Assembly (NCBI RefSeq): GCF_006345805.1
Contig: NC_042997.1
Span: 48,112,001 to 48,176,000, forward strand
Direction: 5' to 3'
Origin: Octopus sinensis
Taxonomy: Eukaryota
Length of the DNA stretch: 64,000 bases
This document shows positions 39,098-52,639 of this stretch, in pieces. Both the position numbers and the translations under genes were made by a program. A model generated the notes under the pieces. That model saw only the letters and a list, made by a program, of their open reading frames with translations. It did no database searches and was not told the origin of the DNA. Positions within the stretch are counted from its first letter, which is position 1. Every line of letters starts with the position of its first letter.

Positions 39098-42051
39098 TCC
39101 TTAAATCCTTAAAAATGTTTTAGCCCGAAGGCCGCGGCCATGCTGGGGCACCACCGCTGAATGAGCTACACTAGTTTGTGAATCCACCTCTGATACGTGG
39201 CACTTGATCAACAAGGGAGTTCGATGCTGCTGCCCGCATCCGTGTCTCCTGTCGTGAGGTAGGTTCATCTGGGACTCCCAACAAGAAGAGATCCAGTTTA
39301 GTTTTAAAGAAACCCACATCCACACCACGTAAGTCTCTCAGGCATTTAGGGAGTATGTTAAAAGCTGTGGTCCTCTGAAACCCAAGCTGTTGCAGTGTCT
39401 GGACCTGTATTTTGATGGTGATGTTGGAATCCTTGGCACCACGCAGCGGCGCCCCGTTCTGCGGTTGGAGTAACTTTGAATGCCAAAGTTTGGGACAAAC
39501 CCTCCAGGATTTTCCAGATGTATATCACTGCATATCTCTCCCGCCTCCGCTCCAGGGAGAAGAGGTTTAATACCTTCAGTCTTTCCCAGTAGCTGACATT
39601 TGCATTGAGACGATTTCTTTGTGTAGCTTCTCTGAGTTGCTTCGAGTTCTGCTGTTTGTTTTATATTGTGTGGTGACCAAAGTTGGGAGCAGTAGTCCAA
39701 GCGGCTGAGGACAAATGTTTTCCATAGGACCATCAGTGTCTCCTTCTCTCTTGTTCTGAAAGTTCGGAGAATCCATCCAGCTAGCCGTCTGCATTTTATC
39801 ACCAGATTAGCAATATGCATTTGGAAAGATGCATCATTGCTCATGTCAATGCCCAGGTCACGCACTGATTTTGACTCAGGGATTGCAATTCTTCCTGGGC
39901 CAGTGTATCCAGTCTTCACGTCATTTACCTTTGTGTGCCAGTAGCGCAGGGTCTGGAACTTACCTGCATTAAACTGCATGTTGTTGTCCTCAGCCCACCT
40001 GTATATTGTGTCCAGCTCATGTTGCAGATGCGCAATATTTTCAGGGTTTTGTATTGCGTGGGAGACTTTTGTGTCATCTGCATAGCTAGCAAGGTGGTCA
40101 TCGTAGCAACTGAAGGCATGTCTGAAAGGGCCACTATGAACATCAGTGGCCCCAAGACAGTGCCCTGTGGGACACCGCTTGTTATTTGCGTTTCCCTGGA
40201 GGTGGCTCCATTGCTCACAACTGCCTGTTTTCTGTCTTTTAGGAAGTTGTGCAGCCACTCTCCAAGTTTCCCGCCTATGCCGAGACCACGCAGTTTGTGA
40301 CAGATCATACCATGGTCGACTTTATCAAAGGATTTTGCAAAGTCGAGATATATTACATCCACATTTGAGCCATTTAGTAGCTGTTTCAACACCCAGTCAT
40401 AGTGTTGCAGGAGCTGTGTTAGGCAGCCTCTACCTGGTCGAAATCCATGCTGGGTGTCAGACAGTAAGTCATTTTCTTCAAGGAACATGATTAGTTTCTT
40501 ACGGACTATTCGTTCCATGACTTTGCTGATGTGTGAGGTCAGAGAGATAGGCCTATAATTTTTAGCATCTGCTCTGCTACCTCCTTATGGATAGGGCATA
40601 TTACCCCCCCTCTTTCAGTTTGACTGGGAGCTTACCACTTGCAAGAAAGCTCTGAAAAAGAAGCTGTAGCGGTTTTGCAAGGGCTCGTTGCACGATTTGA
40701 GAAGGATCGCTGGGAATCCATCAGGTCCAGCAGCTGAGTTTGTGTCAATCTCATCAATGGCTAGTGTGATATCATCTTCTTCGATGTTGATGTACTCAAT
40801 TTTTGTCTCTTTGGCCGCTGGTAAAGTGGCAAAGAATTCTTCTGGGTTGTTTTACTTGCTGTGTCCTTTGGAACTGTTCGTTCAGTATTTCACTTATCCT
40901 CTGGGATTTCCTGTGAGAGAGCCATCTTTTTGGAAGAGAGGTCCTATTCTCTGGTGCACTGTGGCTGTCTCTTTGGCAAACTTAAAGAAAGCTTTAGGGT
41001 TTGCTTTTATATTCTATTACCCAAGCTTCTTTATCTGCTCTCTCCTTTTCATGGGACTGATGTAGACTTTTCTCAGTTTCCATTAGCATTCTTCGAGCCG
41101 AGACTTCTCACCACTTTTGGTGTGCTTGCTCAGGCGGTTTGCAATCCTTGTCCGTCATCTCATAAGAATCCTCCTTTCTCTAGGGATCCTGTTTTTGTTC
41201 TTGTGTGTGCTGGCCCTGCACATTGGGACATATTTGTCACATATGGCTTGTATTATGGACATGAAGTGTTTGTGTTTCATTTTATGTCCGGTGTGGAGAG
41301 ACATTCAGGCCAATCCTGTTTGAGGATCTCTTCTCAATCGACTTCCAGTTGGCTTTATGAAAGTTTAAGTTGGAGAGATGGTGGGTGCTTCGTATAGGCT
41401 GTGTGTCTGCGGGGGCTTTTGTTCCATACATAGACAGCTCTATTATGTTGTGATCCGAGATCATTGTCGGCATCACATTAACATTATGAATATTCCATAT
41501 TGTTTGTGAAGCAGAGATCCAGTATATTATCTGCCCTTGTTGGTTGCAGAACTATTTGCTCCATGAAAGAGGCATTTGTGAGATGGAGCAGGGACTCCAC
41601 CTGTGCCTGCTGATGGTGTGTCATCCCTGGGAGCATCTTCCCCCCAGGCCATTCCACATTGGGGAGGTTAAAGTCACCCATGAAGAATACACTGTTGTGC
41701 TGTTCAAGGTTGGTGAGGACTTCTCCTATTTTTGTTAGGCAGTCTTCAAACATGCCTGAGTGTTTTGGGGCGTCTGGTGGGCGATATGTAGTGCATATGA
41801 CGATATTCAGTTGTCTTATGTGTACAATTTGAGTTTCACATACTGAGTTTGAATATGACAGCAGGACCTGGGGCGTGAGGTCATCTCGGATGTACATTGC
41901 AACTCCACCATGGCTCCTCCCTTTTCTATCTGTGCGTATGACTGCATATTGCGGCATGTGTATTTCTTTGCATCCTATATCGGGTTCAAGATGCGTTTCT
42001 GTGAGTGCCATGCATATAGCTTGATTGCATGTCACAAGGTCTCTCAGGAAT
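39098..42051 (-). mobile_element. CR1-clade LINE, 5'-truncated
   Basis: Contains EN and RT coding sequence, a short 3' UTR with a stem-loop, and a (TTTAAGGA)x2 tail; both ends abut microsatellites. Confidence 0.9.
39171..42051 (-). pseudogene. LINE ORF2 (APE endonuclease + reverse transcriptase), frameshifted
   Basis: EN motifs LTETHL, GGV, YRPP, GDFN, PTR..NILDL, SDHN; RT motifs QHGFRPGR, YLDFAKSFDKVDH, GVPQGTVLGPLMF, YADDTK; split over several frames; TAG stop at 39171-73. Confidence 0.92.
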
Positions 42052-42058
42052 GTGTATG

Positions 42059-42097
<39 letters not shown>

Positions 42098-42119
42098 ATA
42101 TATATATATATATATATTG

Positions 42120-42151
42120 AGAGAGAGAGAGCGAGAGAGCGCGAAAGAGAG

Positions 42152-42250
<99 letters not shown>

Positions 42251-42251
42251 G
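42120..42251. repeat. (GA)n/(GATA)n microsatellite
   Basis: Direct reading; similar (GATA)n tracts at about 18540-18598, 55535-55740, 59940-60070 and 61100-61205. Confidence 0.95.
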
Positions 42252-42265
42252 CTGAAATTTGTAAA

Positions 42266-42470
42266 AAAAAAAAACAAAAGATGAAGACAAGTATATAAAT
42301 AACAAGCAAGTGTATTATTTTGACACTAGGGAAAATGAAAGTCTTTTACGTTTCGCGCCTACGCTCTTCAACAGAAATAAGTGAGAGAAAATAAAAAGAG
42401 AGAGAATGACAAAAACGTGTAGAGTTCGGCGGTCCAGCGTGGCGAATGTTTGGAAAAACAAGAGGTTGGA
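42266..42470 (-). mobile_element. PLE-type terminus with HHR-like motif (42341-42378)
   Basis: Minus: attt CTGTTGAA GAGC gtag GCGC GAAA CG TA aaagac. Confidence 0.55.
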
Positions 42471-43084
42471 AGAAAGGGAGATGATAAAAAAATAGGTTGA
42501 ATGAAAGGGAGATAATAATAGTGCTAGTGATTTCAACAAGAGAAGGTGTTTGTGTGTATTTCAGAATGGTGTGTGTGAGTGTGTAAGTAAGTACGTGTGA
42601 ATAGAGACGAGTGACTCTGACGTATGTGAGTGTGCGTGTATGTGTGTGCGTGCGTGTGTACGTGTGTGTGTCTGGGACTAAACTGTGTGCATGTGTACGG
42701 TCTATGTATGTGAGCGAAAGTTATCTTAGTCTCTGTATGATACGTGTGTTAAAGCGTGTTGCGTGTGTATATATATATATTGTCTGTGTCCAGGTATTAT
42801 TTGCTTGTGTGGGTGTGGGAGTGTGCATGATGGCGAGTTGAATAGTGTGTGTGGCTGCTCATATAGTGGTGTGTGTGGTGAAGCTATTGAAGATGGTGTA
42901 TGGGTGTGTGGATGATGGTGCGTAGTGTTACTGCTGGGAAGTGGTCACTGCTAGTGTGTGTGGAGAGCTGTGGAGTTGGTGTCAAATGAGGAGAGGAAGT
43001 GAGATTTGTGTCAGATGAAGGGAGGAGCTGAATTGAACCCATGTGGCGCAAAGGAGCGAAGGCAGAAGATTAACTCCTGTTCAC

Positions 43085-43265
43085 GGTGAGAATCCGGGTT
43101 GTCCCTGTGCAAAGATAATCCCAACACCTGCAGGTATTGTAGGAAAGACTCGGGCTATGTATGTTTCATAGCGAGCGGAACCTCAGAAGTGGTAACATCC
43201 AAGTGGAGTGTATTACGTCGGCTAATTCTTGTATTCTTTCATACTCTATTCTGTAACTCTTGTAT
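43085..43265. repeat. Relative of the 38841-39052 element
   Basis: Shares TTTCATAGCGAGCGGAACCTCAG (same orientation as the left arm) and the TCTGTAACTCTTGTAT terminus followed by (TATG)n. Confidence 0.55.
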
Positions 43266-43288
43266 ACTTATTCATACACGTATAGATG

Positions 43289-43320
<32 letters not shown>

Positions 43321-44357
43321 TGTATGTATGTATGTATGTATGTATGTATGTATGTATGTATGTATGTATGTGTTTGTGTGTATCTTGATCTTCGCTATCC
43401 CACTTTAGTATCAGATTTTCTCTTACATTTACAGGATTCTTATTAGTTCGTGTTTCCAAATTTACTCTTACCAAGATTTATTAGGTTTAGAAATTTCTTA
43501 CAAGTATGCTTTCATTTACTGAGTTGCTGTCTCATTTATCTCAAATCCTTCTCTCTATCAGTCTCTAATTTACAAAATTTAGTACATCCTATGTTATATA
43601 ACTTAATTGCAATGTATCATGACTTCCTTGTTATAGTAACAATTGTTTTAATGATATTTTACGGGAGTTTTCTATAAGTAGATAATTTTATTTTAAAATT
43701 TACTTTGTCGTATCTTCATACATTCTGCTCTACACATTAACATAGTAAACCACATGTGATATTTATTTCTAATTTCTTTTATTTCCTTTTACTGTGCTAA
43801 TTCAAATTAAATTTACTGATTCACTTCCTCTTACTTATTGTGTTTCTCTCTACGGAGTATTTAACTACATTTCATGTTGTTCTCATTATAATCTATGACA
43901 TAGCTTATTATATATTCAGCTATTTTATCTAATATAAGTTATTGTAACTTAACATCCTCTTATTTTCCACAAATGCTTAAGCTTCCCTGCTTGCTTCCCA
44001 TTAGTGTCTACAAATGCTTAAGCTACTCTGCTAGCTGCCTTGGTTTATTAATATGATATAGCCTATTACACTTTTAACCAGTCCTTTAAGTACAATATAT
44101 TCTGTAATAGTTTCAATCCATTTTTGTAATTTATAACGAAATTTCTCTCATCTCTCTTCTGTAATAATGACAGAATTATCAAACTCCCTAATATAAACCT
44201 TGTTTCAATGAGGAGCCGCCCTACCTTTCGCCTTAAAATAATATACTTCCCACACCATCTTTAGTATTTCCTGTATTATTTACCCCAATTGAACTAATTT
44301 CATATCACCTAATTACTATATCACTTAGTTAAAAAGTACTTCCCGTCCTTATCTAAT

Positions 44358-44565
44358 TCAAGTTATGCCCATTGCGTCACGGGATTCCAACATTTCTGTT
44401 TATATAACGAATCGTTATAAACAATCGTTATAATTATTTACAGTAATATCTATTTATTTCTGAATATATAAACCTTATGCTACAATGTGAGTAAAAGTTC
44501 TATCTCGAAGTCTTAAGTAAATTCCCCAGGAATTTGGCATGCACACCGCATTCACGGGAAAAGGA
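44358..44565 (-). mobile_element. 208-bp Helitron-like repeat, copy 1
   Basis: Near-identical to 50173-50380; minus 5' A|TCCTTTT; 3' hairpin CCCGT-gacgca-ATGGG then CATAACTTGA (CTTG rather than CTAG). Confidence 0.45.
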
Positions 44566-44626
44566 TATATTTGTATTCTTTTTTTCTTTTACCCGTTTCA
44601 GCCATGCGGCTGCGGTCATGCTGGGT

Positions 44627-44985
44627 GGGAGCAGTCGTTACTGTGTGGTAAGAAGTGTGCTTCCCAACCTCACGGTTCCGGGATCAGTCCCACTGCGTGG
44701 CACTTTGTGAAGGAGCTTGTGTGTGGGTGTCGTAAACGGGAATTGAAAGAAGCCTGATGTACATAGGTATTTATGTGTGTGTGTATTTGTTTCTGTGTTT
44801 CACCCCACCCACCAATGTAACTTAGCGGTGCAGCAGAAAGAGTACAGCAGTATATGTACCAGACTTTAAAGAAAAGGTACGTAGCGGGGTCGGGTCATTC
44901 GAATGACAAATTCTTCTAAACGATCACCCAATATGGTCACACTTAAATGACTGAAACAAGTAAAATCCAAAAGATAAGAATATAC
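44627..44985 (+). mobile_element. SINE family A, diverged
   Basis: TGTGTGGTAAGAAGTGTGCTTCCCAACC...CAGTCCCACTGCGTGGCAC head; AATGACTGAAACAAGTAAAA tail. Confidence 0.7.
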
Positions 44986-45083
44986 GATATATGTATATAA
45001 ATGTATGTTATTAAAAACATACGCATACATATATACATACACACAAACACACAAACACACGCATATATACATATAAACATACA

Positions 45084-45375
45084 GCCTGGTTACCAACCAC
45101 ATGGTTCCGGGTTCAGTCCCACTGCGTGGATTTGCAAGACGGAAACTGAGAGAAGCCTGTCGTATATATGTATATGTATATATGTATGTGTGTGTATGTG
45201 GTTGAGTGTCTGTGTTTGTCCCCCCAACATCGCTTGACAACCGATGCTGGTATGTTTATGTCCCCGTAACTTAGCGGTTCGGCAAAAGAGCCCGATAGAA
45301 TAAGTACTAGGCTTACAAAGAATAAGTCTTGGGGTCGCTTTGCTGGACTAAAGGCGGTGCTCCAGCAAGTAAAAA
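45084..45375 (+). mobile_element. SINE family A with internal deletions
   Basis: GGTTCCGGGTTCAGTCCCACTGCGTGG joined directly to the body; ends AAGGCGGTGCTCCAGCAAGTAAAA. Confidence 0.8.
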
Positions 45376-45830
45376 ATATACATACATGGTGCTATTAAGT
45401 TAGACATGGCCTGGGCCAATAATGGCCGAAACCTATCAAAGTATCAAAATATCAAAGTACATACATACATACATACATACATACATACATACATACATAC
45501 ATACGTTTGTAGTAGACGGTTAGTAGTACACTTATTAATAAATTATTCAAGTATGGAATTGATTTTAATCGATTTCATACTTGATGAAAGTTCTCTAAAA
45601 TCTATCGAAACAATCGGAACCATTTAGTAATGATATGTAATATCATTATTCTTTCGCTTTTTACAGCAGGAGATGAGCGTTCTCGTCGCACTTTGGGCAA
45701 CTTTCTCTAAGCAAAATCTAAGTGCTGTTGTTTATAGAATGAATCGTATGCTTTCAGATATACTATTCGGAAAAAGAATTATTTCACATTTCTCTCGAAA
45801 GTTTTCAGAATTCACACAGTCACACACAAA

Positions 45831-45881
<51 letters not shown>

Positions 45882-45909
45882 ACATACACACGCACATACA
45901 CCATGATAA

Positions 45910-45979
<70 letters not shown>

Positions 45980-47381
45980 AGCAGACAGACAGAGGAAGAG
46001 ATTGATCGTATGCAAGGAATGGTACTTGTCATTACTTCATTAGGTATTCAATTCTTGCTTTTCTGATTATTCTACTGTAAGCTATTTATATTACGCCTTT
46101 ATGTCTTTTCACCGGAAGAAATTTAAGCGTTCATCATAAATATGTAATTTTTTTCGTATTTTCAGCAAACGACTTTATCGTCGTTTACAATAAACAAACG
46201 AATAACAAATAACATACCTGGACAATGAGTTGCATATCTCAACAAAATAAAAGTGAGAGACAAAATGATGCCATAATAGAAAAGCTCATAGTATACAGAA
46301 GACAGTCAAATAGTTTTACAGGCTTACTTTTATATAACTATATGCTAAATCGACGACTTCATATATGTGAATGAAAATACTTCTATGCAGAAGCCCATGG
46401 ACAGGCACACGCACACACACACGTATACATATCATTTGCAACACACACGCACACATGTATATATCATTTACAAAGCCTTACGTACTTGTATGTGTGCGCG
46501 TGATTGCTTCCTCTCATAGGTTTCAGTAACACAAAATAATTTATATATCCACGTTTTGCCGCCACAAATGTTCTGGACATCAGATTTATTTACATGAGAT
46601 TACTTGAAAAGTCTTTCAGAAGTTGAAATCATGTTTTACTTTTCATTCGTTTGGGTCTCTGTATCGATGAAACTACACACGGCTGTCATTTTTATCAAAA
46701 ACTTTATGCTACGCTCATTGGAATACGTCCCAACTCTTGTAGCATAAACTGCAGTAGATAAAGATGCACTGTATTTTAACTACTAAAAGACTTCATATTT
46801 GTCTCTTTGTGTCTTAGGCAGTGAAGCAGTTAAAGGGAAGCAATACAGAATTAGGGAACAATTTTGTTTGCCGAACTTTTGATAAACGATAAATGGAAGG
46901 AGCATGATCTAAAAGACAGAACAAAAGTCCATCACTGAAGCTTGGATAACGACAACGATTATTGCTACTTATCGAGTTTTACTGTTCCACTTACAGAGTT
47001 GGTTAAATGCTCTCTTTGTTTGAAAATCCCAGCTCCTCCAAATTGTGGCTTAGACATTTATTAGCACAATTGAGTTCACTAACTATTATTGATAATAATG
47101 TAAGTTTATAATTAGGGTAAATGAACTTCAAATTTCGAAGCAGTTATCCACAAACACCCTTTTCTTTTCTCTGATTTTGGAAGTTTATGCTCAGGTTTGC
47201 AGGGCAAGTTATCTCTATACATCAGTGTACTTAGATAATTATTATTTTTCGTCCCAAATAACTATGTCAGGTCGGTTATGTTTTCATTTGATAAAACGTT
47301 TGATGGGAATGTTTTACAGATAATTCTCCTGCTGCTATATACGTATGTATATATGTAAGTATGAATGCATGTATGTATGTA

Positions 47382-47417
<36 letters not shown>

Positions 47418-48185
47418 TGTATGTATGCATGTATATATGTGTGTATGTGTGTACGTATGTATAACAATTTGCATATACTTATATATGAATGCGTACGTGT
47501 GTGTACTGTGTATTTTCTTTATTAAAATGCAACCATTTCAGCTGTACGGAGTTGATATTAACTTGAGTCGATAATTCTTAGTATCGCATCAGGTTATATA
47601 AAACAAGGCATTGTAGGGAAACAGTAATGAGAAATTACCCATATCACAAGCGGTTTAAAAATAATTTATGTTTACTGAGATCATAAAATATGGCCAGATG
47701 TTATGACAAGTGCGTAATCAAAGGCATATCCTATTCTAACAAGTATTTCCAAAAGTGCCTATATCTGTGATTTCATAACTCATGTTATTTCTAGAATAAG
47801 TCTGCTATAGTTTTCCATACAGCAAAGTATACTATTTTTACGAAAATTCCATTTTAAAATCATATCTTTTGCTTAAAGATTTTGAGATATTCTTTATTTC
47901 TTGTAAGGATCTGTGGTAGTGTTGCTATGACTACGTGGATGGTGCTTTGTTCGGTAGCAGAATAAGATCGATATGAGGGGAATGGTGTTGAGGACCATAA
48001 AGTTGATATTTAAGTCTAGAAGTGAAAGTAAGATTCTTCTGTAGTTTTGGCTACACACACGTATATATCTATGTGTAAGTGTGAATAACACTAAATATGT
48101 TCGTGTGTATACATACATATAATATAATATAATAATATATATATAGACATATGTACATATATAATATTCATAATATACATATGTG

Positions 48186-48235
<50 letters not shown>

Positions 48236-49048
48236 CTATAACCTTATATTGATGAGACATATATTCTATAGATGTATTTTAGACATTATAATAAAAAATG
48301 TTGAGAAACACAGTATACGCACGTGTTCACATGCATATTTTGATAAACAGTATGATAGTAGATATTTCCACATATTTTTCTATTGAAAAGAATGCTTTCT
48401 TTAATCTCCGTACGTAGTGTACCTCATGTTTTGTATGCAGAAATAAAGAAATATGTAGTGAATATTAGTTTTAAAATATTCTCTTACGTGTTTTGTTTAC
48501 ATTTTATATACTTTTAATGTATTTTTGTTTATAATCATTTACATTTCTCTATATTTACAATTAATTTCCTTTACAATTTATTATTTATTTATATTTCTTA
48601 CGAAAATTTTTTTTTAGGAATATTAGAATATCTTGCTGGAAGCAGAAACTTGAACACATTCTATATTTATTGAATAATGTTTCATATTATTAGAAAATAA
48701 CATTGAAAATATGAAATTATCACAAGTACGTTATGCTGATTCATAGATATGGTGTTTGTATGTGTAAGAATAGATTGAAAAAAATCCATCTGTATTCGAT
48801 TTCATTAATATATTTTTAGTGTGGTTTCGTTCCCTAATATTATTGCTACGATATGTTACTGGTGATAATGACGATTATAACTTCTAGTGTCAAGATTTTC
48901 TCTTCTTGAAGTTTTTTTATGTTTGTTTACAGAACCGCGTAAGTGAAAATAGCGTTAAATTCATTTTGCAAATTCGGACTAAATTTATAGATGAGTGCAT
49001 ACGTATACACATACATTTTGTACATACACACACACACACACACACACA

Positions 49049-49113
<65 letters not shown>

Positions 49114-49259
49114 TAGATAGATAGATATAGATATAATGTATACACATACATAAAGAGAGAGTAAGTGAGACTGACAGACATAGAGACAGACAGATAAATA
49201 AATAGATAGGTATGTGTGAGTACATAAATGTATATATATATATATGTATAAATATATAT

Positions 49260-49303
<44 letters not shown>

Positions 49304-49687
49304 TGTGTGTGTGTGTGTGTGTGTGTGTATACACGCTTACATACATAACCAAACACAAACACATAAATATTTGATACACACGCAACCATTCGCACTTTGA
49401 GATACGCATTTTGAATGGTGGTATGTATATATACTTATAGACAATATTGAGTTTTGGATAGCAGATTGCTGAAGTAGATTTGCATATTTTCATTTTTTTT
49501 AAAGCTTTACGTCTCATGCTTCTGTTATAAATATCATGTTCACCTTTTTACAACGATTCTTCTTCATTATGATTACGGCACGTGCTCTCCAACCTTATCA
49601 TAGGATTCCCAGAAACGTGTGAGCTCTACAGTCAGTTGTTTTTATATTTGTAGTCATTGTTATTTCGTTAGCCTTTATACAATACCA

Positions 49688-50071
49688 GTGGAGGCGCAAT
49701 GGCCCGGTGGTTAGGGCAGCGGACTCGCGGTCATAGGATCGCGGTTTCGATTCCCAGACCGGGCGTTGTGAGTGTTTATTGAACGAAAACACCTAAAGCT
49801 CCACGAGGCTCCGGCAGGGGATGGTGGTGATCCCTGCTGTTCTCTTTCACCACAACTTTCTCTCACTCTTACTTCCTGTTTCTGTTGTACCTGTATTTCA
49901 AGGGGCCGGCCTTGTCACTCTCTGTGTCACGCTGAATATCCCCGAGAACTACGTTAAGGGTATACGTGTCTGTGGAGGCTCGGCCACTTACACGTTAATT
50001 TCACGAGCAGGCTGTTCCGTTGATTCGGATCAACCGGAACCCTCGTCATCGTAACCGACGGAGTGCTTCCA
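49688..50071 (+). mobile_element. tRNA-derived SINE family C (head type 2)
   Basis: A box TGGCCCGGTGG, B box GGTTTCGATTCCC; 3' module shared with 2690-2875; head shared with 52640-52864. Confidence 0.85.
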
Positions 50072-50172
50072 TCCATACAATACCAGCTGAACATATTTCT
50101 AACCAAAAACAACAACAATGTTGTATTTTACTCGCCAATTAAACGATATCATCCAATGTTTCTTTATTTTTC

Positions 50173-50380
50173 TCAAGTTATACCCATTGCGTCACGGGAT
50201 TCCAACATTTCTGTTAATATAACGAATCGTTATAAACAATCGTTATAATTATTTACAGTAATATCTATTTATTTCTGAATATATAAACCTTATGCTACAA
50301 TGTCAGTAAAAGTTCTATCTCAAAGACTTAAGTAAATTCCCCAGGAACTTAGTATGCACACCGCATTTACGTGAAAAGGA
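50173..50380 (-). mobile_element. 208-bp Helitron-like repeat, copy 2
   Basis: Same length and ends as 44358-44565. Confidence 0.45.
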
Positions 50381-50385
50381 TATAT

Positions 50386-50812
50386 ACTCTTTACTCTCTC
50401 TTTTACTCTTTTACTTGTTTCAGTCATTTGACTGCGGCCATGCTGGAGCACCGCCTTTAGTCGAGCAACTCGGCCCCGGGACTTATTCTTTTGTAAGCCC
50501 AGTACTTATTCTATCGGTCTCTTTTGCCGAACCGCTAAGTAACGGGGACATAAACACACCAGCATCGGTTGTCAAGCAATGCTAAGGGGACAAACACAGA
50601 CACACAAACATACACGCACACATATATATATATATGTATACATATATACGACGGGCTTCTTTCAGTTTCCGTCTACCAAACCCACTCACAAGGCATTGGT
50701 CGGCCCGGGGTTATAGCAGAAAACACTTGCCCAAGATGCCACGAAGTGGGACTGAACCCGGAACCATGTGGTTGTTTAGCAAGCTACTTACCACGCAGCC
50801 ACTCCTGCGCCT
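50386..50812 (-). mobile_element. SINE family A, near full length
   Basis: Closely matches 3452-3851 and 58741-59154. Confidence 0.9.
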
Positions 50813-52639
50813 GTTATAAATATTATGTTCACCTTTTTACAAAAAATATATGTATTTTTTTTCTTTCATCCGATATGGTTTGGAAAAGGATTCGCTAATA
50901 GTTCTTACTCGTCAACCTCTGATACGCAGTAGAAATTCATATCCTCCAAATGTCTAAATTTCAAATATGGTCCCTCCTTGTGGGTATATGTGTATATGTA
51001 AATATTTGTGTGAGTGTTCTCTTGTCCTTATGTGTGTATGTATTTAGTGTGATACTAGAAAGAAGGTCAAGAAAAAAACAGTTCCGTAAAGAACTCAATA
51101 TGTTTTATAACAATGTATATTCATTTAAGTAGCACTTTACAAAAAATATAGTTGTTTTAATACATAGTTGTATCTTCGAAAAACACATATATGTATTGAA
51201 AGAACAGTACCGTTGCACTTACTGCTGTTTCAATATGGGCCCCACATTACAATATTATAATTATTTACATAACGGGGTAGTAATGTGTGCTGCTGTACCC
51301 TTTTCTAGCCCTCCGTGACCAGTGGTCATCCGTGAAGTTAATTATCAATTTGAACATGTGTAGCGAAAGATTGAGTAGTGAGAGATTCAGCAAAGAAACA
51401 TTGGATTGGTGGTTGAATTTGAAACCCTTTTGTGATGCCTAGTAGTACCGAAACGCAATAGGAATGAGAAACACCAGCACGTCCAGTACCACAGAAAATT
51501 TGTAGTGGTTTTAGAAAAGAGAAAGAGAAAGATTAAGTTGTAGAGGCAGTGAGAGAAATGTTGTAACATACTGTTGAGCTAATGTTTAATAATTACCAAC
51601 CAAATATAAACAGTTTGTTTTGAGACTATGATATTATAGTATAAGTCCAAAATATACGAGTTGTATTCTATTTCTGGCAGTGTTCGAATATTGTAAAGGA
51701 CTAGAAATTGATGAAGTTAAGTATTGTTCTGGTTTAGACAAATAACACTAAGACTTGAGCTATGATATGTGTGTAATTGACATGAGAATTCAAAAGATGT
51801 TATGAGAGCTAGTATTTCTGCTGAATTTGAGGGATAGTTTTATATTGTTCATCTAAGCAAGGTTGTCAAGTCTAAATGCCAAATTGTGTTGTGGCATTGA
51901 TAACAAATACGACAATAATATCAAGTTTGTTGGCATTAAGGAATGGTCTTGTCTTTGGAAAATTTATTAATTTGACAGCATGGACTGTTTGCTCGGTAAT
52001 ACAATATTAGATCAAGAAAAATGACAAGCACACACAGACACACACACACATTGAAAACTCATAGGCATCGATGCATATACTTATATGAACGGACATTTAA
52101 TTTTCTAGACTATGTCTGAATGCTTACGTGACGCTTCAAACAGGCTTCCTTTTAGTAATAGTAACACATAATATTGATGGGGATCGCGAATGTATTGATG
52201 AGGAGTATGGAAGTAAATTTTATACTCACTGTTATGCAGTCATTAATTTTGAAAAAAGAATTGCCTTACATTATGCGTGTTGTCCTTCAGCACCCCAATG
52301 TCAAATTCTTCAACAGATTAGAATTGACTTCCCATCGTTCTTGGGTCAACAAATTAAGCGATGTCAGTTAATATAAATGAGGTGATTCTTTTGGTTGCAA
52401 AACTTATTCATTCTGATGAGACATCGAAAGCAATTACGATTATTAATCTTACTATAAATCTATAATATTTAATACACATAACTGTGTGCGTGCATGTGAG
52501 ATACTCATTTGTGAGTATCGCATGTATGTGCGTTTCTGTGTGTATGGACATAGAGAGAAAAAAACAAAGAAATTTATATATCACGTGACCGACCAGTCCA
52601 TCAGATGTAGTTACACATCGCTGGTCACAATGCGTTCGC

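Noticed and set aside
41484-42305. 273-aa ORF as an intact gene
   Set aside because: The N-terminal third is microsatellite read-through fused to the truncated LINE endonuclease; it is not a real start.
43400-44350. AT-rich strand-biased segment with a 41-bp-period repeat (43970/44011) as an LTR/gag relic
   Set aside because: All frames are broken and there is no convincing zinc knuckle, PBS or LTR pair; left unclassified.
45405-45450. GGCC-aataat-GGCC-GAAAC half-hammerhead
   Set aside because: The CUGANGA core is absent upstream; at most a decayed relic.
46703-46748. 10-bp stem TTTATGCTAC/GTAGCATAAA as a pre-miRNA
   Set aside because: The inner region pairs poorly, the stem does not extend outward, and it matches no conserved miRNA I recall.
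52413-52435. CTGATGA-gacatc-GAAA hammerhead lookalike
   Set aside because: No UH cleavage site and no stem I partner downstream.
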